NCBI RefSeq assembly: GCF_964204645.1
Contig: NC_134035.1
Coordinates: 13,424,451 to 13,488,450 of the forward strand
Direction: 5' to 3'
DNA length: 64,000 nucleotides
Source: Tubulanus polymorphus
Lineage: Eukaryota > Animalia > Nemertea
Under the pieces are notes generated by a model. That model saw only the letters and a program-made list of their open reading frames with translations. It was not told the DNA's origin and ran no database searches. Position 1 is the first letter of the stretch, and every line of letters begins with the position of its first letter. The position numbers and the translations under genes were made by a program. Below, piece by piece: positions 38,501 to 50,632 of the stretch.

Positions 38501-38676
38501 ATGACCATATGACAGACTGGGCCCAGGGGCTGGCAGAAGTAAAATACTGATGATTATTACTTACCAGTTGGAGGAGGTGGGGGTACAGGAGAACTATCTG
38601 CTGGAGGTTGAGGAGGTGCCGGGGGCGGAGGCTCAACCGGCGAAGGTTGTCCGTTTGGAAGAAGTGGTTGCGACAT
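35583..38676 (-). CDS. LITAF: LITAF/CDIP1-family zinc-binding membrane protein, 4 coding exons, 161 aa
   Basis: Exons 38676-38565, 38118-37999, 37614-37467, 35688-35583. Pro-rich N-terminus with PPVY/PPSY motifs; LITAF domain CPNC...GALTWILSGLLCLFGCWPCVCIPCCVDSALDVEHTCPKC. A 5' UTR exon ends at 38846. Missed by the ORF track. Confidence 0.93.
37690..37930. repeat. 20-bp minisatellite (AACTGTGGAACTGG...), same family as 272-710; also 46550-46770
   Basis: Visible tandem units in LITAF and PNPLA2 introns. Confidence 0.88.
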
Positions 38677-38899
38677 GGTTTTTTCGGCAACCCGACTGAA
38701 ACAAACAGAACGAACATTGACAATAAAACCAGTAGATTTGAATTGCGATTGTTTTAAACGCGGACTGGTTTATACGTGAACGGGACAATCTGACAATCAG
38801 TAATTTGATTGGAAAATATTCAAACAACACAATAACAAACCTTACCAGTTATCAATCCGCGAAAATATCACTAAATTAATCCAAAATCGAAGACAAGAA

Positions 38900-39070
38900 G
38901 ACGCGACCAGTTTTTATTTCCGGGTTCCCCAGCCTTCAAGCGCCATCTGGCGGTGTATATTTATTCTAATGACGTCACACGCGGAAGTGAACGGTTATTT
39001 CCGGGTTCCCCGATATTCTGTTTATTGACGTCATCAATGTAAACACGGATTGGTAAATTACGCGTATGTC
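38900..39070. promoter_or_regulatory. Bidirectional promoter between LITAF (-) and PNPLA2 (+)
   Basis: Divergent 5' ends. TTATTTCCGGGTTCCCC twice, TGACGTCA twice (38970, 39026), CGGAAGTG, ATTGG, and CTCF-like GCGCCATCTGGCGG (38940-38953). Confidence 0.7.
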
Positions 39071-39520
39071 ACGCGATTCGTGGTCAGTGTGACTTCACAG
39101 ACGCGCAGCGATCGCTGGAATCGAGTTGTTATAGTAAAGACTTCTCAGGGAACTCATTTCGGTGTTTTATTCGTATCTATAACTGGTAGAAAGCGAGAGG
39201 GAATAGGATTCGTATATCGTACTACAATCCGAGCTGCTGAGGGTGTGTGGCCGAACGCAGCACGCTGATTGGTCGAACTCGATCTCCCATCTCATTCATA
39301 TCGATGTGTTAGTTCGTGGAAGGATTTATTGTTTAAACGGATATTTTACTCGCAGGAAAGAGGTTTAAATAGCTTTATATTCTTCGAGTAAACAGTCTAC
39401 TTTTTAACTAAATTCCGTTCTTTACTGATCCAAGAACTCGATTTGCTACAGTTGGGATTGAAACAAGCCTTTCTTCTGGCAGTAAGCCAACAATTAAGGC
39501 TCGAAGGATCTAGAGACACG

Positions 39521-42500
39521 ATGTTGTTGCCACAGCAATCTAAGTCCAGTATCTCTTTCGCTGGTTGTGGATTTTTGGGTATTTATCACGTAGGCGTTTG
39601 TAGTTGTCTGAAGGAGTATGCTCCTCATTTACTGGAAGGAACGAAAGTGTTTGGAGCCAGCGCCGGGGCAATTACAGCAACATGTTTACTATGCGATTGT
39701 CATTTAGGTATGTGTCACCTTCTCTAATATGATTCGAACAAAAAAAAGAAAAAAACCTGATAGTTTCTCAGTTTGTTTCTAAATACAAAGTTTATAACTG
39801 AATACTAGTCAATAGTACATTACAATGCTTCGTTTGTTCAACCATGTAATCCGGAGTAACCGGTCCTGCTGCAAGATTTGTCCCGAAAGTCTGAACTAAA
39901 GGATCGGAAAAAACGATTTCAAAATATACTGTCTGAGTTATTCAAATCAAATGCTCCGATTGCTCGCGGGTTGCATGATTTCACACAAAGTAATTTGAAA
40001 CCCCGAAACCCCGCGAGACGAGACGATCTGGCTAGTTGGGCTCAGGAACTTTTTAGCACGGGGGCAAAATGCGTAGAACTTCACGATCGAGTTGCAGGGT
40101 CAAGTGATTATAGGAGTTTCTTGTAGTAAACTAACAGAGACAGACACATCATATGATTAAAACTCTTCAAAGTATTGTTTATAGTTCGCGTGACTGTCTT
40201 GACCTATGACAGTTCAACAAAACAGCTACACAAGACGCCGGCACGGACTCGCCGGACTGACCGATGTTAAAGTACATTTGACCCGTCACGCGACATAAGA
40301 ATATGTATATTCGTTAAAACACGTGTGACAGTGCTAAACCCCTACTGCCCTGACAACCCCGAAAAACTTGCCTATTCCCGGAATTTTTCCTATAAAAAAC
40401 TCGTATTTTATTGCCGGACACCGATCCCGACGATGGAGACAAAAGATTTTTAATTCTTCGCATTCCGATAGATTGGTGACCTGAATTTGGCTTGTAGCCA
40501 TATAAAAGTGCGTCTATTCTGCGCATTGCCAAGTTTTGGCGGCCAAGGTCACAATGGATTCTGTTACTATTAAATATAATTTTTGCGACGCGCAAAATTC
40601 CTGGTACACGTGTCACGTACGGGGCCAGTTCTAATTTTGGACCGATTCCAAACCTGTTTTGACAAATTGTTTCCTGATACGAAACAGAATAGTTGTTCAC
40701 CTTAGTTACCCCTATATTCGAGCTGTCAAGTTGCTATTTTCGAGGGCAAATTCAGTTGTTATTAAGAAAAATTGTGATATAAATGTTCCATGAAAAAAGG
40801 CATCTTTACCGTCAAACTGAACCGCTGACATGTTTACTGACTGAAACGCGCGGTGGTACCACTGACCTGAAAAACCAGGAAAACTCGGGAATCAGAAAAG
40901 TCAAGGGAAAACTCGGGGAATTTTTCACAAATTTTACCAAAAACCTGGAAATTTCAGGGAATTCTATAATGCTATTTACCACATGTTTCTTGATCAATAC
41001 GTGATTCAATGAAAAATGAATGAATTGTAACACTTTAAACCTAGAAATTTCTCTGATTCACTCTCGGGGAATTTTGAAAACTCGGGATTTGTAAATATGG
41101 CCACCATGTAAACAGATACTTGTGTAAAATACAAATAATTCAGATGACGAATCTTACGAAATCACAACTATAAAATGTATTGTTTTGTTTATATTATTTA
41201 CAGGTGATTGTACGAGTTTCGTGTTACGGTTAGCGACTCGCGCGAGGTCTCGAACGCTCGGTCCGTTCCATCCTAGTTTTCACGTGTTACAGATTCTGCG
41301 CCAAGGCCTGGATGACATCCTGCCACCGAACGCGCATGAAATCTGTAGCGGTCGCTTACACGTGTCGCTGACCAGAGTGTCAGACCGACAGAACGTTATC
41401 ATTTCACAGTTCAAAACAAGAGATGATTTAATACAGGTATGATACAGTAATCTCTTCTATCTAACCCTGTAAGGGACACCAGCTGAGGGCCGCCAAATCA
41501 CTAGAAAAAATGAAATCTACCAATCAAATAAATATCAGCGATTTAAAGACCAATCAAATAAATAACAGGGTCAATCCCTATTAATAAGATATAAAATATC
41601 CAGGTATAATACTGTAATCTCTTCTATCAAACTTTTTGTTTCGTTACCGGCTTGTATGTGGTGGGTTTGTAAGGGACAGCAGCTGAGGGCCACCAAATCA
41701 CTAGAAAAAATGAAATCTACCAATCAAATAAATATCAGGGATTTAAAGACCAATTGAATAAATAACAGGGTCAATCCCTATTTTAAGATAGGAAAAATAT
41801 CTTTTATCTACAGTTTGTTAACGACCTAAGCATTGGTGGAAACCTTTTATAATCGGATAGGCTTATTATACCAACATGTCATGTGGTTTGTGAAAATATC
41901 CGACCATAAAACTAAACCACAGTCAGGCTACTGACTATATCTCCAGTCGGTCCGTTAGGTCGGATCATTTTTGGATTCGTTCAAATCGTTTTAGAACGGG
42001 GACCTTCGTCCGACTCGGGTTCGAATTTAAATAGTGAAAATCTGACTCTGGAAATTCTAAGATTTAACTAAACATCGCAAGTTAGGAAAATGTTTTAATA
42101 TTTAGGTTTACACTCTAGAAAGAAAGCGAATAATTGAAAAGATCGAGGTGAAATAAACAATTCAGTATAACGGGTTCAGTCTCGTGTGAACTGAACGATA
42201 CAAAACACGATAAAGGAAACAAAATAAAGGTTCTGTTTCGTTGAACAGTGAAGTCACCTTTAATTGATAAATGCAAAGTTTGTCGCGGACAAATTCTAAA
42301 CGTCTCCTCCAGAGACTAAACAGTTAAACTATGAATACTCGGCCAGACATTGTTCTACGATCGATTTTAAATTCTCGGAAATATTTTCCGATCCTAAAAT
42401 CTTTCTGGATTCGATTTTCTGACGACGTTTCGTCGAGAGGTAACTCTGAGTGCAACGGCACCAGTTAACCTCGATATTATTATCACATTTCATGGAATCT

Positions 42501-45500
42501 ATTTAAAGTGACGATATGTTTTTAATTGTGTTTATCACGAGGCCCTAAAACAATATATTAAAGATAAGATTCGACCCGTGGTTATATATTTCATTTAATA
42601 GGTACAAGGTCAATGTTCCTTTGTGATATCATGCAATTTTTGTCTCCCGTTTAGCAATGAATTGAACTACGTAAAAAATTGAAGCCGACTTTTTTTCTGA
42701 TATTTTTTCAATTGCACAAACATTGGTTAAAATCAACCATCAGATAAATACAGTTTTGGCCATCTTCTGAGCAACTGGGCTGTAAACTTCTGAGCAACCG
42801 GGCTGTAAACTTCTGAGAAACTGGGCTGTAAACTTCTGAGCAACCGGGCTGTAAACTTCTGTGCAACTGGGCTGTAAACTTCTGAACAACTGGGCTGTAA
42901 ACTTCTGTGCAACTGGGCTGTAAACTTCTGAGCAACCGGGCTGTAAACTTCTGTGCAACTGGGCTGTAAACTTCTGAGCAACTGGGCTGTAAACTTCTGA
43001 GCAACTGGGCTGTAAACTTCTGAGCAACTGGGCTCGAAACTTCTGAGCAACTGGGCTGTTAACCTCTGAGCAACTGGGTCCTGATCTGAACAACTTCACC
43101 TAAACCCCAGCAGCTCTTCTGACCAAGCGAACCCATAAACAGTTCTTTAAACTGACTCATCTTGCAACATAGTTTGATTTTTGTTGTTATTTTCAGGCAG
43201 TTTTATGCAGTGCATTTGTACCCTTTTATTGCGGTTTGATTCCTCCGACGTTTGAAGGCACGGTAAGTTTAATCTATCGACCCCGAGTGTGAATTCAACT
43301 CACTGCAACTTTCTAACAATTTCATCGTTATGTGATACCTACAAATATCAAAATCATTCAAATAGTATCGATATCTCAAATTATCAATCTCACACTGATA
43401 TACCGTGCATCTTTATCTCACACAGCAATATCACACGGTATCTCAAATTATCGTTGTATCTCAAATTATCAATATCATACAGCAATATCGCTGTATCTCA
43501 AATAATCGATATGATGATAATAGAAGAATTTGTGTGTTGTTTTTTTGTAGCGATATGTCGACGGTAGTTTAAGTGATAATCTACCGGTATTAGATGAAGA
43601 TACGATCACTGTTTCCCCGTTCGCAGGTGAAACTGATATCTGCCCGAACGATCATTCGCCGTTTAACTTTCATATCAACCTAGCTAATACTAGTCTACAG
43701 TTCACGTCGAGGAATCTGTATCGTCTGTCCCGGATTCTATTCCCGCCGCATCCTGAGATTCTCAGCGCTATGTGCAGACAGGGATTCGACGACGCGCTAC
43801 GATTCCTTCAAAATAACAGTAAGTTCATTTCATTTCATTCATAATATGAACAGAATACATATATACAGAAATCATAAACCTGCAGGGTTCTTACGGGTCG
43901 GAAATCAGGGAATTCTGAGTTTTAAGGAATTTTTGGTGTCTTGTTGTTCTTGCTGGTGACGAGTGGCACAAGAAACCTCTTGATAAGAAACAGCTCCCGC
44001 TGAGGATATCTTATGAAATAATCAGAGGGAATTTGAAATTCTGGTGTCTTGTTGTTCTTGCTGGTGACGAGTGACACAAGGAACCTCTTGATAAGAAACA
44101 GCTCCTCACTGAGACTATCTTATAACTAAACCGGGGAATTTTAATTTTAGGTCTCTAAATGATGTTCCCGCTCGGGAATTCAGGATTTATTTTTCCCTGC
44201 AGATAAATTACGATACCGAAAAGAAACATTTGATTGATTTTGTGAATTTCAGATTTGATTTCATGCGTGAAACACGTCAGTATTGTGTCGTGTATCAGAC
44301 CTAGAAATGACTCGTACTCAATAGGATCAGACGAGGTCGAACTATCTATCGACGATGATGACGATGATGATGATGCCGATACTGCTGTTGGTCGTGTTGA
44401 AGAGGAGATGTATGATGAAATAGATGATGACGGATATATAACGAATCACTGTGATATTGTCAGCTGTATTGACTGTAGGCATCGCCAGAGAAAAGCATTA
44501 GACGACACTTTACCGGAGACAGTATTGGCAGGTAAATAACCACCAGGGGGCGACACTTTACCGGAAACAGTATTAGCAGGTAAATAATCACCAGGGGGTG
44601 ACACTTTACCGGAAACAGTATAAGCAGTTAAATAATCACCAGGGGGTGACACTTTACCGGAGACAGTATTGGCAGGTAAATAACCACCAGGGGGCGACTC
44701 TTTACCGGAAACAGTATAAGCAGTTAAATAATCACCAGGGGGTGACACTTTACCGGAGACAGTATTAGCAGGTAAATAACCACCAGGGGGCGACACTTCA
44801 CCGGAGACTGTACTAGCAGCAGAATCCAGTTGACTGAGTCATGATTGTGCAATTGGGTTCCTGGATCCAGGTTCACAATTGTGTCATAGATCTCAACTCA
44901 CAACTGTGGAACTGGGTCCGTTACTTCATTTAGAGAGAAAGGGGTATTGAGTGCAGACCCCTGCTTTCCCGTTGAGGTCGCCATTATAAAAACCGTGGTT
45001 TGAATTAGAAAATTGTTAATATGATAATAATAATGATGATATTTGATATAATTTCAGTATTACAAGCTGCTTGCACTAAGAATGGTATTTTAGCTCATCT
45101 TTACGAAAGTCGTATTTATCGATTAACGGCATTAGCTTTCACTCCGATGGTTTTACCGTTAGATTACGTGTATAACTTCACTATCAGGTGCGTTTTTATT
45201 AAACGATTCCACAATATCAACAGGGTCCAGTTCGACAGTTGCTACAACCAGTTCCACAGTTATGGTGGACCCGGATCTGCAGTTACTGGAGGAGCCAGTT
45301 CCACAGTTACTGGTGGATCCAGATCCACCATTTGTCAGTAAAGTTTGACTGCAGAGTTAAAATCAACTCATTTCCGATGTTTAGACTCTTAAAGTCTAAT
45401 TTCAAATCAAAACTGTAGAACTCGATTGAGGACCAGCAACAATTAAAACGTCCATTTATAAACTAAATTCTAAGTGGGCATCATGTTCATAAATTACAAA

Positions 45501-47992
45501 TATGCAAAATCTAGCTGATTTCCCCCTCACCCTCACTCAATTTTCAAAACCCCCAAGTTTCCCTCACTTGATAAATATAGTTATTGTGTTTAAATTGTAG
45601 ATTTCTCCACTGGTTACCGACGCTTCCCGACGACAGTTTGTGGCTGTTATCAGAATTTAAAGATGTTCTACAATCGTTGTTGTATTATCTGAAACATCGA
45701 CACAACTATAAAGCCAGGTATGTTGAATTAACTTTAACCCAAGAGAACCCAAGACCAATTGTAACCGCTCAAAAAATTATGAAAATGCATTTTATTGCAG
45801 CTATAGCATTGCAAAGTACAACCCAGGTTTCATTTTTTAAATTTGGGAACTTTGACCTACATTTTGAAATTTCGCGTGTTGCTGGGACAAATATGACCCC
45901 ATGGGTTCTCTTGGGTTTTAACTGCCATCAATACCTTTTACTCACATAAATAATCCTGCTAAAAATTAATACCTTTAATGTAATTTCATTCATTTAAAGT
46001 TTTGGCAGAATTCGCAAAAATGTTTTTCACAATACACATGCTTCTATTGTGTAATGGTATCATGCTATACTATTAATTTCAATGACTCATTTACCCGATT
46101 TAACTACAATATTCAGTGGTAGCGAAAGCTTTTACTCTGAAAAAATCTATTTGACCTTTTTATTACTGTTTGTCTTTAAGTTTTAGTCTAGTATGTGAAT
46201 TTATCATATCTATAATTCCTTCTATGGACTCCATCCAGTGTCCGAAATAAACTTCCGTGATTATGTATTATACAAATTTTCAGTTTGGCAGTCCTGTTGT
46301 TAGGCAATGACGTGTCCCTAGAAAGTTTTTTGATGCGTAATAAAATAGATGAACATTGATCTGTGTATCAGATTCCGAATTGTGTTTACTGTTTAAACTG
46401 TTTTGACCATGCCATACCAGGAAGTAGATAACATTTTATTGAGCACTGAATTCATCTTTAAACCTTGTTTATCACGAATGAGACACAAATATGTAAATTT
46501 AGTTCAATTTATTTCAATGACCTTTTTGTATTCTGGGTTATGATATAAGACTGGGTCCAGAACTGTAGAACTGGATCCAGAACAGTGGAACTTGGTTCAG
46601 TAACTGTGGAACTGGATCCAGAACTGTGGAAATAGGCCCAGAACTGTGGAAGTGTGGGTTTAGAACCTTGGAACTGGGGCTGTATTCACGAACCACTGTG
46701 CAAATGGGTCCAGAGCTGTGTGTGGAGCTGGGTCTACAACTGTGGAACTGGGTTCAGAACTGGAACTGTGCTATAATTGATTTGTTTAAATCTGATTTAT
46801 TTTCAGATTTCGTTGCGAGTTGGATATAACAGAAACGGATTGTCCCGATTCGTATCATCACAATAAACGCCGTAAAGTGAATATGGGATTCGCTTTAAAA
46901 TTCCACTCCAATAGAAACTTGGCTTCGTCTCTGGTGGATCTGGCGGCGTCTCGTAACGAACTGACGGTGATAGATCAAAATCATCGTCCAATAGACTGTT
47001 TACATCAGATAGAGAAACAGGTAAAAATCTCCCCTCGACCGCCGTCCCCCCCCCCCCCCCTGTACAGCGGCGGATCTAGGGAAATTAAATAGGCCATGTT
47101 CGGAAAGAAAGAAAAGAGGCATCCTCGGTGTTCAGAAATACATCTGAAAGGTTGCGGTTTGCGAAAGTCCGACGGCGGATGAGCGTCAAATGTTCAGGTC
47201 ATTACGATCTCTGTCTTGACGATAAATGTAACCTCATTGGGAAGGCAGGGGTCCAGACCCCCGAGACCACCCCCTTAAATCCGGCCCTGCTTCTGATCTC
47301 AGTTAAGTCACTGTTTACCACAATTACCGTGCGTTACATTTGAAGTTGATTCTTGATTTAACCCCTGGTAGTACAACCCAAATTTTGGAGGGGGGTGGTA
47401 TCTGCAGGCCTGCTTGCATAATTACCAAACTTCAAATCGGGAATAAATCGATTTATTGATTTTATAGGTGATAGACGAGCGTCGTCATGGTAACAAACCG
47501 GTAAAAGAAAGCGTCGTCGACCAATCGTACGAGACTTTAGAACGATACGTCAAACAGACGGACGAGATGGATACGATAATGGCTTATTATTATCTGGACG
47601 AAGAGCAACAAGTCGTGAAAGTAACGGAAATATGCGGTGCACCACCTGCTCACGTGCCAGAGGTGGAATCTAATAGTCACATGAAACACTGCGGCGACGT
47701 GTGTGACGACGAGGAAACACTATTACACGGCAGCGTTCCGGATCTAGTCCGCGGTCCGAAGAAATCCGGTCGCGAATATTTAGATATAGATATCGGAGAC
47801 GTTGACGATGAATTATCGTTTATCGCTCGTCGTCATAGCGCCAGTTGCGTGTCGAGGATCGCGTTCCTACAATTAGAAAATAAACTACGCGCCAACAAAA
47901 ATAAACAACAACGCTACGTGACGTCATCAGTGACGTCGTCGGTTACGTCATCGGTGAATAGTTTAACACAGGAAGTGACGTCGTGGACATAA
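39521..47992 (+). CDS. PNPLA2: Patatin-like phospholipase / triglyceride lipase (ATGL/brummer-like), 9 coding exons, 672 aa
   Basis: Exons 39521-39707, 41204-41436, 43197-43262, 43551-43818, 44253-44531, 45058-45187, 45601-45717, 46807-47020, 47468-47992 with consistent phases. Motifs [46 protein letters not shown]. Confidence 0.93.
42764..43080. repeat. 23-bp minisatellite (TGTAAACTTCTGAGCAACTGGGC), ~14 copies
   Basis: Visible tandem array; the unit contains a family-B-like TIR end. Confidence 0.93.
44504..44818 (+). repeat. 48-bp tandem repeat (~6.5 copies) made of the PNPLA2 exon-5 end plus donor
   Basis: Unit GACACTTTACCGGAGACAGTATTGGCAG|GTAAATAACCACCAGGGGGC. Confidence 0.93.
45738..45915. 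mobile_element. piggyBac-like MITE
   Basis: TTAA-CCCAAGAGAACCCA...TGGGTTCTCTTGGG-TTTTAA. Confidence 0.6.
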
Positions 47993-48208
47993 TCTATAGA
48001 CACGCCACCTATTGTTATTCTTTTTTGAGCGGTAAAAAAGTTTGTAATTTAATTTCTTGAGTTGTTTGTGCGTTGTGTTCAGTTCGGTAGCGAAATGCGC
48101 CGCTTTAAAGAATAACGTGACTGAATATGGAGAGGGATGAATGAATGAAAATACCTATCTTAATACAATCATATGTGCTATTATTAAAATCAGAAATTCA
48201 TCTATCAT

Positions 48209-48610
48209 TGTGAAATACAGTAGACTCTGTCTCTTACTGCAGTAAAGTTGAGACCGGTAAAATTCTACCCAGAGTTGGTGTCAAATACTGAGTAAGAGTT
48301 TGTGAAATACAGTAGACTCTGTCTCTTACTGCGGTAAAGTTGAGACTGGTAAAATTCTACCCAGAGTTGGTGTCAAATACTGAGTAAGAGTTTGTGAAAT
48401 ACAGTAGACTCTGTCTCTTACTGCAGTAAAGTTGAGACCGGTAAAATTCTACCCCGAGTTGGTGTCAAATACTGAGTAAGAGTTTGAGAGATACAGTAGA
48501 CTGTGTCTCTTACTGCGGTTGTGACTGGAAAAATTCTATTTACCCCGAGTTGGTGCCTAATGAGGGTAGACCTTGTTTGTCCCTTACTGCAATATAACAA
48601 TGAGACTGGT
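48209..48610. repeat. 92-bp tandem repeat (~4 copies) in the probable PNPLA2 3' UTR
   Basis: Units start at 48209, 48301 and 48393. AATAAA at ~49034 lies downstream. Confidence 0.88.
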
Positions 48611-50632
48611 TTAATTTTAGCATATATTACCGAGAAAATATGTGTATTAGTGATATCATTGCTTTAATTACTGGGTGCTAATGACGTTTTTAAGGTGAAT
48701 AATTCAGTTTTAAGTAAATAGTTTGTTCAATATTGTTCATTTGAATTATTAACACGTACATGTACGTATTTAACTGTGTGTTATCAAATGAAACGACATC
48801 GGGCTTTACTGGGCCATTACTGACAACTACAGGGCATCGACGGGGCACTTATTGGGCATCTACAGGGCATTACTGGGCATCTACAGGGCATTATACATTA
48901 CAGTGACTACAATCAATATAAAGCAATTGTTTTTCGATTATATCTGATCCTAGTCTAGAGATTGAATTTACCGTTAATCGATCGGCCAGAGTTACACAGA
49001 TCCTTCAGTCTCGAAACATAATATTACTGATTTAATAAATGATGAATTATTGAAAAAAAAGTAGTTTATTTTTCGATTTTATCGTTATTTAGTGTTTTTG
49101 GTCGAATTCGATGCGCTGCTCCACGATCCAAGTGCCGATAACTAAATAAAAATCCCGTTCCCCGCTCAATCTACAGACCCTTTACAGGCGCGGTGGACTC
49201 CGACACCTCTTGATGAGGTGAAAGTTGTGAAGTTTGATTCCGGTCGCATCCAGAAATCGTCTCAGTACCTCCAATTAGAATAATTACTCTGCAGGATCTC
49301 ACTGTAGACCCTTTTCTGGGCGAGGACTTCCATTTGTGACCCGACCCGCCACATAGTAACCTTACTGATAGAATCAAACCCGCTGTGAAGGCGGATGAAA
49401 TATGTCGTTGAGTTTGTTGAATTAATACGAGGCCCTAAATGTGATAAAAATAAAAAAACTGTTGCGAGTGAATGCGCCGGAAATTAGTCGACGCAAATCG
49501 AATTTAACCCTTTCAAACTCGTGATGTGTTCGATACAGAAATCACCGGTGCTTGGCTCGAACTCGGGGCCACACGCGCAGAAACTGCAGCCATGTTTTAA
49601 ACTTTCATTTTAATTTGATTCTAGAAATTGAAATTAAGAAGTATTTTCCACTGAATCGACTCTGTTTCTGAGAACCGTCGCTTTGCGTGGGTTAACGTCA
49701 CATACTTAATCCTTCTCGAAAAATCGATAATTCGATATTACCTCAATCAAATCTTGCTTGTGGATTAACAAACATTTTGCTTGCGGTTACCAAGGTAACC
49801 ATCCGGTACCGAGATACGCTCCCATGTCTGTAGACAGGTAGGTAAGGAATTTACGTAAAACAACCAGACGAAAATGGCTAATTACTCCTCGAGCGCAGTG
49901 GGTGGTGGTGGTGTCCCTCAGGGACCCGCACGTCCACTTCACTACGATCAGTTTTGATTGTGTTTTTTGATGGTTTGATGAAGGTCGTTCTACGCGGTGG
50001 ACCCCAGCGTCATCTCGTTAGATTCACGTCGAGCACGGATTTAGTTCGGACTCTTCGAGACTATCATAACTGTTCAAATATTCCAAAAGACGACTCACAG
50101 TAAATGCGATATAGTCGAAAATACCACTAGATATCAGCTCGGGGAAACATTTCGGACTCTTTTTATTCTTAATGTGCAGGCGTTTCGTGTTACTATACAG
50201 CACGGACTCAGTGCGTTTCATCAATGTATTCTTGAAGATGACTATTTGAGGATAAACGTTAACTACTATAGGAGCTCGAGAAAAAATTTCAGACGCTCTT
50301 TGTTCTTAATGTTCAGGTATCTTTATCATCTTTACAACACGAACTCAGAAAGCGTTTCATCATCAATGGTTCATTATTAAAAGTAATCGTAAAAATGTTC
50401 AAACTCAGAAACAGTTAGTGATCTATATATATCATTATTAACCGCCGGGATTTGGATTAAACAGATTTAACTTTAACCTGATGATCTTTATTAAAGCTGT
50501 TTAAACGTAGATGCGATAAGATAATTTGTGCGTTTGTTGTGTGGGTCACCGGGTGAACGTGTACAGACTGGAACTATAAAAACAAAATGCTGAAGTGATT
50601 GAAGAAGTGTTGGAGATATCAAATGAAGAACT

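Noticed and set aside
42419-42436. Hammerhead at CTGACGACGTTTCGTCG, and the CTGATGA at ~20037 and ~37034
   Set aside because: No stem II plus GAAA in the right order on either strand.
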